Shown: one piece after another, positions 15,401-30,600 of the stretch
Position numbering within the stretch: the stretch's first letter is position 1
Layout of the letters: the number at the start of each line of letters is the position of its first letter
Source: Eledone cirrhosa
Taxonomy: Eukaryota
DNA length: 64,000 bases
Assembly (NCBI GenBank): GCA_964016885.1
Contig: OZ024762.1
Coordinates: forward strand, 15,066,001 to 15,130,000
Direction: 5' to 3'
Position numbers and translations under genes: made by a program
Notes under the pieces: generated by a model
What the model saw: only the letters and a program-made list of their open reading frames with translations
The model's database searches: none
Told to the model about the DNA's origin: nothing

Positions 15401-17357
15401 GAGTTTGATTCCTGGGCTGGGTTGGGTGTTGTGTTCTGTGGAGGTGTATGGCCTAGTGGTAAGGGTGTTGGACTTAGAATTATAATGTCATGAGTTTGAT
15501 TCCTGGGCTGGGTTGTGTGTTGTGTTCTGTGGAGGTGTATGGCCTAATGGTAAGGGTGTTGGACTTAGAATTATAATGTCATGAGTTTGATTCCTGGGCT
15601 GGGTTGAGTGTTGTGTTCTGTGGAGGTGTATAGCCTCGTGGTAAGGGTGTTGGACTTACAATTATAATGTCATGTGTTTGATTCCTGGGCTGGGTTATGT
15701 GTTGTGTTCTTGAGCAAAACACTTCATGTCACGTAGCTCCAGTATACTCAGCTGAAAATGAGTACCAGCAATAGCTGGGGGTTTAACCCTGTGATGGACT
15801 GGCATCCTTTCCAGGGGGAAGTCTTGTACTCTCAGTCGCTTCATGCCATGAAACCGGCATAACGAGCCTTAAATGGCTTAAGACAGATTTTAGACTTTAA
15901 TTTCTGATAATTGGCCCTCTAGTCTTAATCATCATCGTCATCATCATCATCTTCTTTGCCCACTTATTGCCGAGAGAGTCGTTGAAGCAGAGTCTTCAAA
16001 GACTCCTTCCAGAGGCTCCTGTCAGAAGCAACCGTCTCCAACTGATCCAAGTGGATCACCAAGCATGACCAACCAAGCTGAAGGATGTTATCCAACCATC
16101 TTTTCTTGGGGTCTACCCCTGGATCGCCTGCCTCTTGGTTTTGCCCATAAAATCTGTCCAGCCATTCTTTCCAGAGACATTCTAACTATCATCAGCATCA
16201 TCATCATCACTGCCACTGCTGCTGATGGATTGGCTGAGTCAGTAGAGCATCGGGCAATATGCTTTACGGTATAAAGTTATGGCCCTTTAAATTCTCAGTT
16301 CAAATCCCACTGAGGTTAACTTTGCCTTTCATTCTTACGGAGTCGATAAAATAAAGTACCAGTAATGCACTGGGGCCGATTTAATTGACTTTCCCCTCCC
16401 CCAAAATTGCTGGCCTTGTGCCTAAAGTAGAAAATTATTATTAATTTTACTATTACTACTACTATCACTACCACCACTACCACTACCACCATCACTACCA
16501 CCACAAACACTACTACTATTATTACTACTATCACCACCATCACTACTACTACTACCACCACTATTACCACTACTACTACTACTATTACTACCATCACCAC
16601 TACTACTACTACTACTACCACCATCACTACCACTACTACCACCACCACCATTACTATCACCACCATCACTACTACTACTACCATGACCACTACCACCACT
16701 ATTACCACTACTACTACTACTATTACTACCATCACCACTACTACTACTACTACTACCACCATCACTATCACTACTACCACCACCACCATTACTATCACCA
16801 CCATCACTACTACTACTACCATGACCACTACCACCACTATTACCACTACTACTACTACTATTACTACCATCACCACTACTACTACTACTACTACCACCAT
16901 CACTACCACTACTACCACCACCACCATTACTATCACCACCATCACTACTACTACTACCATGACCACTACCACCACTATTACTACTATTACTACCATCACC
17001 ACTACTACTACTACTACCACCATCACTACCACTACTACCACCACCACCATTACTATCACCACCATCACTACTACTACTACCATGACCACTACCACCACTA
17101 TTACTACTATTACTACCATCACCACTACTACTACTATTACTACCATCACCACTACTATTACTACCACCACCACCATTACTATTACCACCACAAACACTAC
17201 TATTACTACTACCATCACCACTACTACTACCACCACCATCACTACTACCACTACCACTACTACCACCACCACCACTACTATTATTACTACTACTACCACC
17301 ACCACTACTACTACCACTGCCACCACCATCACTGCTACTACTACTATTACCACCATC

Positions 17358-17393
<36 letters not shown>

Positions 17394-20300
17394 TCTATTA
17401 CCACCATCACTACTACTACTACTATCACCACTACTACCACTACCATTACCACCACCACTACAACTATTATTCTTACTACCACCACCACTACTACTATTAC
17501 TACCACCATTACAACTATTATTCCTACTACCACCACTACTACTATTATGATTTTTACTTCTCTATAGACTAATCGTACACCCATGCATTGTCTGCAACAC
17601 TACAGACGGGAACTTGACACCTTTACCAAACGGTGAGTAGTTACTATTTTTTGTTGTTGTTGTTGTACAGGTCTAGAAACACATGGGTCTGTTGTACACA
17701 TCTACAAATCCCTCTCTGCTGTACAGGTCTAGAAAACCCTTCTCTGCTGTACAGGTCTAGAAACCCCTGTGTTTGTTGTACACATCTACAAATCCCTCTC
17801 TGTTGTACAGGTCTAGAAAACCCTTCTCTGCTGTACAGGTCTAGAAACCCCTGTGTCTGTTGTACACATCTACAAATCTCTCTCTGCTGTACAGGTCTAG
17901 AAAACCCTTCTCTGCTGTACAGGTCTAGAAACCCCTGTGTTTGTTGTACACATCTACAAATCCCTCTCTGTTGTACAGGTCTAGAAAACCCTTCTCTGCT
18001 GTACAGGTCTAGAAACCCCTGTGTCTGTTGTACACATCTACAAATCTCTCTCTGCTGTACAGGTCTAGAAAACCCTTCTCTGCTGTACAGGTCTAGAAAC
18101 CCCTGTGTTTGTTGTACACATCTACAAATCCCTCTCTGTTGTACAGGTCTAGAAAACCCTTCTCTGCTGTACAGGTCTAGAAACACCTGGGTCTGTTTTA
18201 GAGACCTACAAACCCTTCTTTGTTGTACAGGTCTAGAAACCTCTCTCTGTTGTACAGGTCTAGAAACCCCTGTGTCTCTTGTACAGGTCTAGAAACCCCT
18301 GTGTCTATTGTACAGGTCTAGAAACCTCTCTCTGTTGTACAGGTCTAGAAACCCCTGTGTCTCTTGTACAGGTCTAGAAACCCCTGTGTCTCTTGTACAC
18401 ATCTAGAAACCCTTCTTTGTTGTACAAGTCTAGAAACCTCTCTCTGTTGTACAAGTCTAGAAACCCCTGTGTCTGCTGTACAGGTCTAGAAACCTACGTG
18501 TTTGTTTTAGAGACCTACAAACCTGCCTCTCTTGTACATGTCTAGAAACACATGCCTGTTCTAGAAATGTAGAATATTCCTTATCTGTTGATTTTATTTC
18601 AATGTTTTTTACAGAGCGTGGACAGAAGAAGAAGATAAAATTTTGAAAGAAGTTGTTGAAAGTTGCCGGATTGGTAATCGAATTCCTTGGAATCAAGGTA
18701 GGTTTTACTGCCATCTAAACAGGTGAGGGTGCTGGCATGACTGTACTGTGAATGTGGTTAACAAGGGCATATCATAACCATGTGTTTCTGAGTTCAATCT
18801 CCCTGTGTTATGCCTTGGGCAAGTTGTCTTACATTGAAACATGCTTAAGTACTACCTTGATTTATGTTGATTATATTGACTCCAGCACTCTTTTACTAGC
18901 TTTCAGTCATTAGACTGTGGCCATGCTGGGGCACCACACTCTTTTACTGGTGTCTGTCATTAGACTGTGGCCATGCTGGGGCACCACACTCTTTTACTGG
19001 CTTTCAGTCATTAGACTGTGGCCATGCTAGGGCACCACACTCTTTTACTGGTGTCTGTCATTAGACTGTGGCCATGCTGGGGCACCACACTCTTTTATTG
19101 GTGTCTGTCATTAGACTGTGGCCATGCTGGGGCACCACACTCTTTTACTGGCTTTCAGTCATTAGACTGTGGCCATGCTGGGGCACCACACTCTTTTACT
19201 GGCTTTCAGTCATTAGACTGTGGCCATGCTGGGGCACCACAATCTTTTACTGGCTTTCAGTCATTAGACTGTGGCCATGCTGGGGCACCACACTCTTTTA
19301 CTGGCTTTCAGTCATTAGACTGTGGCCATGCTGGGGCACCACACTCTTTTACTGGTGTCTGTCATTAGACTGTGGCCATGCTGGGGCACCACACTCTTTT
19401 ACTGGTGTCTGTCATTAGACTGTGGCCATGCTGGGGCACCACACTCTTTTACTGGCTGTCAGTCATTAGACTGTGGCCATGCTGGGGCACCACACTCTTT
19501 TACTGGTGTCTGTCATTAGACTGCAGCCATGCTGGGGCACCACACTCTTTTACTAGTTCCAGTCATTAGACTGTGGCCATGCTGGGGCACCACACTCTTT
19601 TACTGGTTCCAGTCATTAGACTGTGGCCATGCTGGGGCACCACACTCTTTTACTGGTGTCTGTCATTAGACTGTGGCCATGCTGGGACACCACACTCTTT
19701 TACGGGTGTGAGACATTAGATTGTGGCCATGCTGGGGCACCACACTCTTTTACTGGTGTCTGTCATTAGACTGTGGCCATGCTGGGGCACCACACTCTTT
19801 TACTGGCTTTCAGTCATTAGACTGTGGCCATGCTGGGGCACCACACTCTTTTACTGGCTTTCAGTCATTAGACTGTGGCCATGCTGGGGCACCACACTCT
19901 TTTACTGGTGTCTGTCATTAGACTGTGGCCATGCTGGGGCACCACACTCTTTTACTGGCTTTCAGTCATTAGACTGTGGCCATGCTGGGGCACCACACTC
20001 TTTTACTGGCTTTCAGTCATTAGACTGTGGCCATGCTGGGGCACCACAATCTTTTACTGGCTTTCAGTCATTAGACTGTGGCCATGCTGGGGCACCACAC
20101 TCTTTTACTGGTGTCTGTCATTAGACTGCGGCCATGCTGGGGCACCACACTCTTTTACGGGTGTGAGTCATTAGATTGTGGCCATGCTGGGGCACCACAC
20201 TCTTTTACTGGTGTCTGTCATTAGACTGTGGCCATGCTGGGGCACCACACTCTTTTACTGGTGTCTGTCATTAGACTGCGGCCATGCTGGGGCACCACAC

Positions 20301-23300
20301 TCTTTTACTGGTGTCTGTCATTAGACTGTGGCCATGCTGGGACACCACACTCTTTTACGGGTGTGAGTCATTAGATTGTGGCCATGCTGGGGCACCACAC
20401 TCTTTTACTGGTGTCTGTCATTAGACTGTGGCCATGCTGGGGCACCACACTCTTTTACTGGTGTCTGTCATTAGACTGCGGCCATGCTGGGGCACCACAC
20501 TCTTTTACTGGTGTCTGTCATTAGACTGTGGCCATGCTGGGACACCACACTCTTTTACGGGTGTGAGTCATTAGATTGTGGCCATGCTGGGGCACCACAC
20601 TCTTTTACTGGTGTCTGTCATTAGACTGTGGCCATGCTGGGACACCACACTCTTTTACGGGTGTGAGTCATTAGATTGTGGCCATGCTGGGGCATCACAC
20701 TCTTATACTGGTTTCAGTCATTAGATTGTGGCCATGCTGGGGCCTTTAGGACGTTGAATTGGCAGTATCGCTAGACCGTCAGACGTTGAGTTCAAATCTC
20801 ACTAAGGTTAACTTTGCCTTTCATCCTTACGGGGTCGATAAAATAAAGTACCAGTTACGCATGGGAATCAATTTAATCAACTTTCCTCCCCCCCAAAATT
20901 GTGCCTAAATCAGAAACCATTATTATTATTACTATTGTTGTTGTTATTTTTATTTGTTGATCTGATATTATTATTATTATGTTTGTAGTGTCATTCTACA
21001 TGGAAGGTCGCAGTAATTCTGCATGTATTGCCCGTTGGACAGCATTGGATCCCTCCATCAAGCATGGTCGATGGACGCAGGAAGAAGATTCTGTAAGTAT
21101 TATTAGGGTCTTCATAGAGACCTGTTCATTATAGGGTCTTCGTTGAGGTCTGATCATTCTAGGGTCTCCATTAGGGCCTGTTCATTATAGGGTCTTCGTT
21201 GAGGCATGTTCATTCTAGGGTCTTTGTTGAGGTCTGATCATTCAGGGCTCTTCGTTGAGGCATGTTCATTCTAGGGTCTTTGTTGAGGTTTGATCATTCA
21301 AGGGTCTTTGTTGAGGCCTGATCATTCTAGGGTTTTCATTGAAGCCTGTTCCTACTAGAGCCTCCATTATGGCCTGTTCATTCAAGGAACCTGTTTCTTG
21401 CTGGGTCTTTGTTGGGGCCTGTTTCCTTCTAGGGTCATTGTTGGGGCCTATTCATTCAAGGGCCTTCATTGATCCTATTTCCTTCTAAGGTCTTTATTAG
21501 GCCTGTTTCTTTCTAGGGTCTTCGTTGAGGGCGGTTTCCTTCTGATGTTTCAAATTGATAAATCATATTTCACACTATTTAGAAAGGATCCTTAAATAAT
21601 GTAGTTTTTCTTCTTCTCCTTCTTCAAATTCAGTTGTTGATGGCAGCAGTCCAAATAGTAGGAACCAGTAAATGGCAACATGTAAGGACTCTGGTTCCTA
21701 ATAGATCAGCAAACCAGTGCCGTGAAAGGTATGTACTACATATTTAATCCTTTAGCATTTAAACTGACCGTAACTGGCCCCTCATAATGATGTTAAAGTA
21801 TTGTTCTCAAAATAAATAATATCAAAATCTGATAGATTCGATATTATGTGAGGTAAAGCCTGAAAATATGAAAATATAATAGTAAATATAGAGTAATGTA
21901 TATGCTAAAGGGTTAAGCTAATTCTCTTCCTAAACCTTTGTCATTTTTCAGGTGGGTCAACTCTTTAGATCCCGGTATTAACTCAAGGCCATTTACTTAT
22001 GAAGAAGATAAATTATTATTGAAATATGTCCAAGAGAATGGAGGTATGTACTAAATTCCTGTATTCCTTATATTTCAAGCGTGAAGGCCTCTCTGGCAGA
22101 GCATCTCTCCACATGTTGCGTTGCTTTATTATCTCCACTGTGAGTTTCAGTGATTTGAGATCAGATTTTCACCACCTCCACCCAGGTCTTCCTTGGTTTT
22201 CCTCTACTGCAGCTTTCTTCCACTGGAATTTCCTGGTACTTCTTCACTCAGCAATCACCATCTATACACATCACATCATCACCTTCATCGTTTAACGTCC
22301 ATTTTCCACACTATCATGAGTGAGCCGAGTTGTCCCATGGTATTTGATAAGGACGGTGGATTGGCAGTATCGGTAGAGGGTCGGACGCCATGCTTTCCAG
22401 CATAGTTACGTCCCTTTACGATCTGAGTTCAAATCCCGCCGAGGTTGACTTTGCCTTTCATCCTTACGGGGTCGATAAAATAAAGTACCAGTAATGCACT
22501 GGGTAATTGCTGGCCTTGTGCCTAAAGTAGAAACAGGTATTTGATAATCAGGGAAAGACTTTATGCTCACTCTGTATAATTAATTAAGATGTATAATTAG
22601 TGTCGTTTGACTTTCAGCTGGTAATTGGGCTGCCGTAGCCTCTTTCCTGCCAGGCCGTACCGATCAATTGTGTTCCACCCAGTATTATAGGTTAAAAAAA
22701 TGGCAAGACCAAGCTAATTTTGTAAAGAAGCAATCTGTAAGTTGATCAATATTCTTAAATTTATTGATTTATTTGGTTGTTTGTTGTTTTTATATACAGC
22801 AGGGTCATTATGGAATGAGATGGTTGCGTCATGTGTTGAGGAAGGATGAAAGTGACTGGGTGGGAGGAATAGAGCCAATGATGGATGGTGTGAAGTGGTT
22901 ATAATTACATAAATGTTCAGTATTTATGTATAAATGACATCATCATCCAGTTTTTTATTATGCAGGATACAAATAATCTCTAAGTAGGGGTGGGTCCTGC
23001 CTGACAGTGCTGATTAACGTCACCCTCCATGTGTTTCTGTCCATCGGTCTCATATATAGGATTAAATGTACGAGTGACTTTAGGGAGATAACTATTTACA
23101 GAGACAAATGTAGGATTCGAACCCCGTATTTTGAGATTGGAAAGCAAACTTCTTATTGTAGGAACATGACTGATATAGGAAGTGTGTTATGTGTATGTGT
23201 TTTTATGTGTGTGTGTGTGTGTAAATTTTAAAGTGTTACAGACAGACAGATATATATGAGTCTGGAACTAGCTGTTGAAACGGCAAGAGTTCAGCCATCG

Positions 23301-24547
23301 AGTCCCAACTCTTTATAATATATATACACACACACACTTGGCATATTATTATTGTTGATGTTTGTATGACTGAGATAGGTAATGCATTGTGTGTAAATTT
23401 TAAAGAATTGCAGACAGATATACATACATATATATATATATACGAGGGTAATCCCAAAAGTAAGGTCTCCAAAGCGATGGGGATGCAGAGAAACTGTTCG
23501 TACGGCTGTTGGCAACACTGTTGTGATTGGTGCTTCCCTCACTCCCAAACAAACATGCGCGCGCTTCGCTGGGATGCTCAATCTTGGCTTGGCAGCCGTT
23601 GAGAATGGAGCTCCCGTTGTACGCTACCGCCAAGTGCGAATTTCGCGCAGTTATTATATACGAGGGCAATCCCCAAAGTAAGGTCTCCTTCCGAGGAAAA
23701 CATGTGTAAAGATCGGCGGATCACTCTGGATGCTCTCTGCATTTTGGTTCCCGAGGTTTCCCGAAGCTCCATCCACAGGATTTTAATGGAAAAGTTGCAA
23801 TATTGGAAGGAGACCTTACTTTTGGGATTGCCCTCATATATATAAAAACTCAAGGGTAAGATATTGTCTAGACAAATGTATCCACATTATGCATGTTTGT
23901 ACAAATTATACAGGCACAATGGTATAAGAAGATCTGAAAGAAAGGATGTTATAAGATTGATTATATATATATAGATAGATAGATAGATGCATTGCCAAAT
24001 ATTAACCTTTATTTTTGTCAGACAATATAATTAATTACTTTACGTGTTAATCAATATTTTAATACATATATATATATATACAAACCACACATGGTACATT
24101 ATTAAGGTTGATTGTTAATAACTTCATGTAAAGTTTAATTTACTAAAGTGTTCTTCTTCTTCTTCAGGATGAATCTAAATCTTACTTCATGACTGACTTT
24201 GATGCCAGTAAATATGCTGACTTAGTTGAGGCTGGCAAATCTTTAGATGTGAGTTTTATTAATCTTCTCCTTAATCATATATATAGTATTAATAAATATA
24301 TTTATACTATATGTTTAATATACAATTATAAATATGGAGGGTAGTACTAAGTACTAACCGGTTACCGGTATGATAAAAGGCTCAATGCAAAATATCAAGT
24401 ATTTTACAGAGCTGAGATACAAAGTGTTAAAACAATTAAATCTTAGTTTAATACATTTATTTGCTGACAATTGTTTCTTCCAGAGGGATGTCTGGAATCA
24501 TCAGAGCATAGGGAATGTCTAAACGGGTGATTAAAACAGTTGATTGT

Positions 24548-24588
<41 letters not shown>

Positions 24589-24913
24589 CGTTTCTGAATT
24601 TGTTTAGCAAGATTCTTTATCTGAAAACGTGTGTTGAAACCGATATTGTTATACTTTGGGAGGGTCATGTTGCCAATAAGAAACACACGCACCAATTGCT
24701 TTCACTTCAATTTATTATAATAAGTTTATAAATTTAGGAATTTATAAATTTCCGGCTGGTTGGTTGGTTCCACAACCAGATGGTTCTTTATATATTGTCA
24801 AAGTTCTTTCGTCATACATTCTGTGACCTCTTCAGTGACTAGGGATTCTTTTCTTTGTTTTTGTGCCTCTCCTTTGTTCTGTCCAACGCCATCTTGTTTC
24901 TGTGTGTGTGCCT

Positions 24914-24947
<34 letters not shown>

Positions 24948-27648
24948 TCAGGGATTCCTGATGATTTCTAAAGAATGAAACAATTCTAGTCCTGTAGAAT
25001 CTCATCTATATTAAAACTATATATATATTATATTATATATATATATTATATATATATATATATATACTAAAGACAATTTGTTTTCAGTCTTGACATGGTG
25101 GATACCTAAATGTATTCGTAAGTGAATAATAACGATATTATTATGATTGTCCTACTCTGCAGGAGTTGCTACCTCTGCCTCGCCCTACAAGGTACCAGAA
25201 CAACATCAACAATATTTTCTGGAAATGGCAACAAGAAAATCTAAGAAGAGATCTTGTGAAACAGGAAATTGATACTAGGAAAGGTAAGTCTCTCTCTCTC
25301 TCATATGTATGTATATATATATAAAGCAAATGAATGCGTGAATGAAAGAGTTACAAGCCGTTAAAACATTTCTTTATATAGCTCTTACATGTGTTTCGCC
25401 CAGAAGGGCTCGTCGGAGGCAGAAATCCCAATGGCTAGGTCCTTAATTTCAAATCGTTGAGAGATTATCACAACTTCACGTCCCCATGCATCCTGTTCGA
25501 AGATAGTAAATGCATTGGCATTTAGTATTCTGTATCGCACCTCTTTGTATCTCTCTGCTTCATCCTCTCCTACGATACTTTAACCCTATTATTATTATAT
25601 ATATATATAAGGCGGTGGATTGGCAGTATCAGTAGAGGGTCGGACGCCATGCTTTCCAGCATAGTTACGTCCCTTAACGATCTGAGTTCAAATCCCGCCG
25701 AGGTTGACTTTGCCTTTCATCCTTACGGGGTCGATAAAATAAAGTACTGGGAAATTGCTGACCTTGTGCCTAAAGTAGAAACAATTATTTTTATATATAT
25801 ATTTTTTTGTTTTTCTTTAAATTCTCCTAATTTGTTGTGATGTTTGTTGTATTTGTTGTAGGTGAGATTTATGTACCCCGACCGCCATTGCTGCGGAAAT
25901 ATTCCCCAAACTTCACCAAAGTCTGGGACACGAGGAATAAACTGAGGCAGAGTGTTGAAGCTTTGGTTCAAAGTCAACTCGTTGAATCAGGAGAAATAAA
26001 ATCTAAAGAAAAAACTGATAAAGCTGTGAGTTATTTAAGGATCTTTTTTAAGGGGGAGTTTGTTATCTAATGCTGCCTTTATGATATCAACCCACCAGTA
26101 AACTCTGTAAAGTGGCAGTGCTGGTGCTATGATAAACTACACCCAGTACACTCTGTAAAGTGCCAGTGCTGGTGCTATGATAAAATATACCCAATACATT
26201 CTGTAAAGTGGCAGTGCTGGTGCTATGATAAAATATACCCAGTACACTCTGCAAAGTGGTAGAGTTGGTGCCATGATAAAATACACCCAGTACACTCTGT
26301 AAAGTGGTAGTACTGGTATCATGATAAAATACACCCAGTACATTCTGTAAAGTGGTAGTACTGGTGTCATGATAAAATACACCCAGTACACTCTGTGAAG
26401 ACGTAGTGTTAGTGTCATGATAAAATACACCCAGTACACTCTGTAAAGTGGTAGTGCTGGTGTCATGATAAAATACACCCAGTACACTCTGTAAAGTGGT
26501 AGTGCTGGTGTCATGATAAAATACACCCAATACACTCTGTGAAGAGGTAGTGTTAGTGTCATGATAAAATACACCCAGTACACTCTGTAAAGTGGTAGTA
26601 CTGGTGTCATGTTAAAATACACCCAGTACACTCTGTAAAGTGGTAGTGCTGGTGTCATGCTAAAATACACCCAATACACTCTGTGAAGAGGTAGTGCTGG
26701 TGTCATGCTAAAAGACACCCAATACACTCTGTGAAGAGGTAGTGCTGGTGTCATGATAAAATACACCCAATACACTCTGTGAAGAGGTAGTGTTAGTGTC
26801 ATGATAAAATACACCCAGTATACTCTGTAAAGTGGTAGTACTGGTGTCATGTTAAAATACACCCAGTACACTCTGTAAAGTGGTAGTGCTGGTGTCATGA
26901 TAAAATACACCCAATACACTCTGTAAAGTGGTAGTACTGGTGTCATGCTAAAATACACCCAGTACACTCTGTAAAGTGGCAGTGCTGGTGCTGTGATAAA
27001 ATATACATATTGAAAGATGGATAGGACCAACACTAAACCTGTCAACCACATTATCATACCTGTTAACCTATGAACTGCACTGTATGTAGTAGTTATTGTT
27101 GCTGTTGTTGTTGTTGTAACAGTATACAATGATGCGCTCCAAACTGGACCAACTAAAACCAAACACTCGTGTGTCCGATATTCTGAAGATAGCTCGTGGC
27201 ATTAGCCTGAAGACAGGGAGGGGTGGTGAATGCAGAAATTCGAAACCCCTACTGGCTGTTGTAGACCAAAAAATCAAGGACTTGTTGTATATTCATTGGC
27301 TCAAAGAAAACCACGTCGATCGATTGGAACCTTTTAAAAGTAAGAGTTTTTTTTGTTTTTTTTTTATGTTTTTTTAAAATTTATTTTTATTTGTTAAGCT
27401 ATTACATCATGGAAGAGTTTGTTTTAGCCATTCAAAAAGACAAAATCTCTACTTTGGTATTAAATATTCATTCTTACTTTCATCCATATCAAACATGTAT
27501 GTATATGTATCATCATCATCATCATCGTTTAACGTCCATGTTCCACGCTTGCATGGGTTTGGACGGGAGTTTTCCCACTTGAGGCAAGAGTGGTTGACTT
27601 GCTCGCATAGGACTGTCTGGCGGGTTTTCTACAGCTGGATGCCCTTCC

Positions 27649-27693
<45 letters not shown>

Positions 27694-30600
27694 TCTACGG
27701 TTCTTATATATTTGATATATATTTATCCTTATCAAGCCCTCTTTGGATTTTAGTCTTCAAATTTATTATTATTACTATATATATATATATATATATATAT
27801 ATCATCATCATCATCATCATTTTACGTCCGCTTTTCCCTGCTTGCAAGGGTGGGACGGGTCTTATTCAACACAGCATCTCTCCACTCGTCACGGTCCTTC
27901 TGTTTTTTTTATTAGTTTATGCACAAACACATACACATACATAAAGTAGTCTGATTGGTGTGTGGTTAACTGGTTAGAGAAATCAATTTATAATCGTGAG
28001 GTTGTGAGTTCGATTGTGTTTTGTCCTTGAGTAAGAAAGATACTTTATTTCATGTTTGTCATCTGTAAAGAGTTGCAATTGGTAGGCGTTAGGAAGGGCA
28101 TCCAGCCGTAGAAAACCTGCCAGACAGTCCTATACGAGTGAGACGACCAATCTTGCCTCAAGTGGGACAATTCCCGTCTAAACCCATGCTAGCATGGTGA
28201 TGATGAATAGAAAGACCAATGAAAACATTGCTTTGTTGGTCAGATTTAATGAGTTTCACCTGACACAGTAAGCAAAGTGGAGCTGAGTGGCCTAGTGGTA
28301 AGGGTGTTGGACTTACAATCATAATCTTGTGGGTTCAATTCCTGGGCCGGGTTGCAAGTTGTGTTCTTGAGCAAAACACTTCATTTCATGTTGCTCCAGT
28401 ATACTTAGCTGAAAAGGAGTACCAGCAATAGCTGGAGGTTTAACCTTGTGATGGACTGGTGTCCTGTCCAGGGGAGAGTTGTGTATTCTCAGTCGCTTCA
28501 CGCCATGAAACTGAGATAAACACCGGCCTAATGAGCCTTAACCCTTTAGCATTTAAACCGGCGATATCCCGCCAGAATTCTCTCACATCTTTCTGTTCCA
28601 ACTGGCCATAACCATAACCAGCTGCTTATACTTATGTTAAAGTATTGTTCTCAAAATAAATAATATCAAAATCTCGTAGATTCGATATTATGTGAGATAA
28701 AGTGTTTACTGTGAAAATACAATAGTATATATTGAGTAATGTAAATGTTATGTGAGGTAAAGCCTTTACCATGAAAATACAATAGTATATATAGAGTAAT
28801 GTAAATGTTATGTGAGATATTATGTGAGGTAAAACCTTTACTGTGAAAATACAATAGTATATATAGAGTAATGTAAATGCTAAAGGGTTAAATGGCTTAA
28901 GATAGACTTTAGACCCGACTCAGTAAGCAAATAAAGTCTGGGATCTTAATTGTTTATATATTGTCCAATCTGTGCATTATTTGGGGAAAATTTGACTGCT
29001 ATTTTTAGCAGCCAGGTGGCAACTGTGAATGGCTGCCTTGCAATGTAATTGAATAAATTTGTTTTTAATATCCACCATCTTGTTTTCATTTCATTTCAGA
29101 TGAGTTTTTAAGTCAAAGTTCCGAGGATAAGGGCGTGTCTAAACTTCAGCTTCTACACCTATATGTCAATGTAAGTGGGTCTTATTTTCATTTTATATAT
29201 ATATGAACTGTTGGTTGTAATGGGTGGGTGGATACATCGATGTACCAAGATTGTGGTCCCCTGGTAGATGGGGCAAGGAGTTGCCCATATAAGACCTAGC
29301 AAGAGGTAATCAGGATTGATCTGAAAACCTGGAACCTGGACCCTAATCTATCCCTGGAACGAACATTCTGGAGAGATGCTACGAAAGAGGCTACCAAAAT
29401 GTCCAAATGTCCAATTAAACTAAATGATGATGATGATGATAATATATATCTCTCTTACATACATTCCCACATCCTACCAAGTGCTCAGAGTGTCCAGGGG
29501 AACCCACATCTTTCTTACATCTTACATATGTCACTGTGTGCAACCAAGTTCTCAGATGCTCCAAGGAGCCCACATCCCTCTTACATATGTTCCCCTACCC
29601 TACGAAGTGCTCAGATGGTCCAGGAGGCCCCACATCTCTCTTACATACATTCCCACACCCTACCAAGTACTCAGATGGCCCCACATCTCTCTTACATACG
29701 TTCCTATGCTTTACCAAGTACACATACACAACTATCACACTGTAAAGTAGTCGTGTAGGTATCACAATAAAAAGCACCCAGCACACACTATGTGTTTGGT
29801 GTTAGGAAGGGCATCCAGCCATAGAAACCAAGCCTTGCGTGAGTGACACAGGTCCTCCGACCAGATCTCTCACAAAGGGACAACCCGTCCTACCCATGCT
29901 AGCATGGAAAATGGACATTAAACAATGATGATGATAATGATGATATTGGGTTGGTCAATGCCATCATCATCATCATCATCATCATCACCGTTTTATGTCC
30001 GTTCTTCCACGCTAGCATGGGTTAGACGGGTTGTCCTGTTGTGTGCAGTGTCTGGTCGGCTGACCATGCCTTGCTCATACAGGAACTGATCTGGCTTGAT
30101 TTCTACAGCTGGATGCCCTTCCTAACACCAACCTCATTTACAGTGAGTGCTGGGTGCTTTTTCGTGGCGCCTACACGTCCACTTTACAGTGTGGGCTGGG
30201 TGCTTTTTTGCCGTGGCACCTCCACGACCACCTTGCGGTGGGGGGTGGGGGCATATTGTTTATATGCTTCAGCATGTACCCATGGGAGGTTGGGTACTCT
30301 GAGTGAAATTTGGCAGATATAAAAATTTGCACAGTCTTAATTACCAATATAAGAAATTTTTTATTTATTCGAACCTGTTTCTTAGGCTATTGGCCCCCGA
30401 AGCAACTTGTACCAGAAAATCAAGTCGAAGAGGATCACCGATGCTTCAGAAGCAACAAAAGAGGAGACACAGATGGAAGATTTCCGACTCATGTTTCTTA
30501 GTTCTTACGACAAGAATTTGACATCTGTGAATTTCTCTTACGACCAGAATCGGACAGTAAATACCGGGGACACTGTCCCTCCTAACTTGACCACACTTAA

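Noticed and set aside
16316-17584. 422-aa poly-Val and 294-aa poly-Thr ORFs
   Set aside because: Translations of an intronic trinucleotide tract between phase-matched SNAPC4 exons.
25088-25117. Possible 30-nt exon (ttttcag...gtaagt)
   Set aside because: In the required phase 0 it reads TCT TGA, and the flanking exons join without it. A poison exon cannot be excluded but is unsupported.
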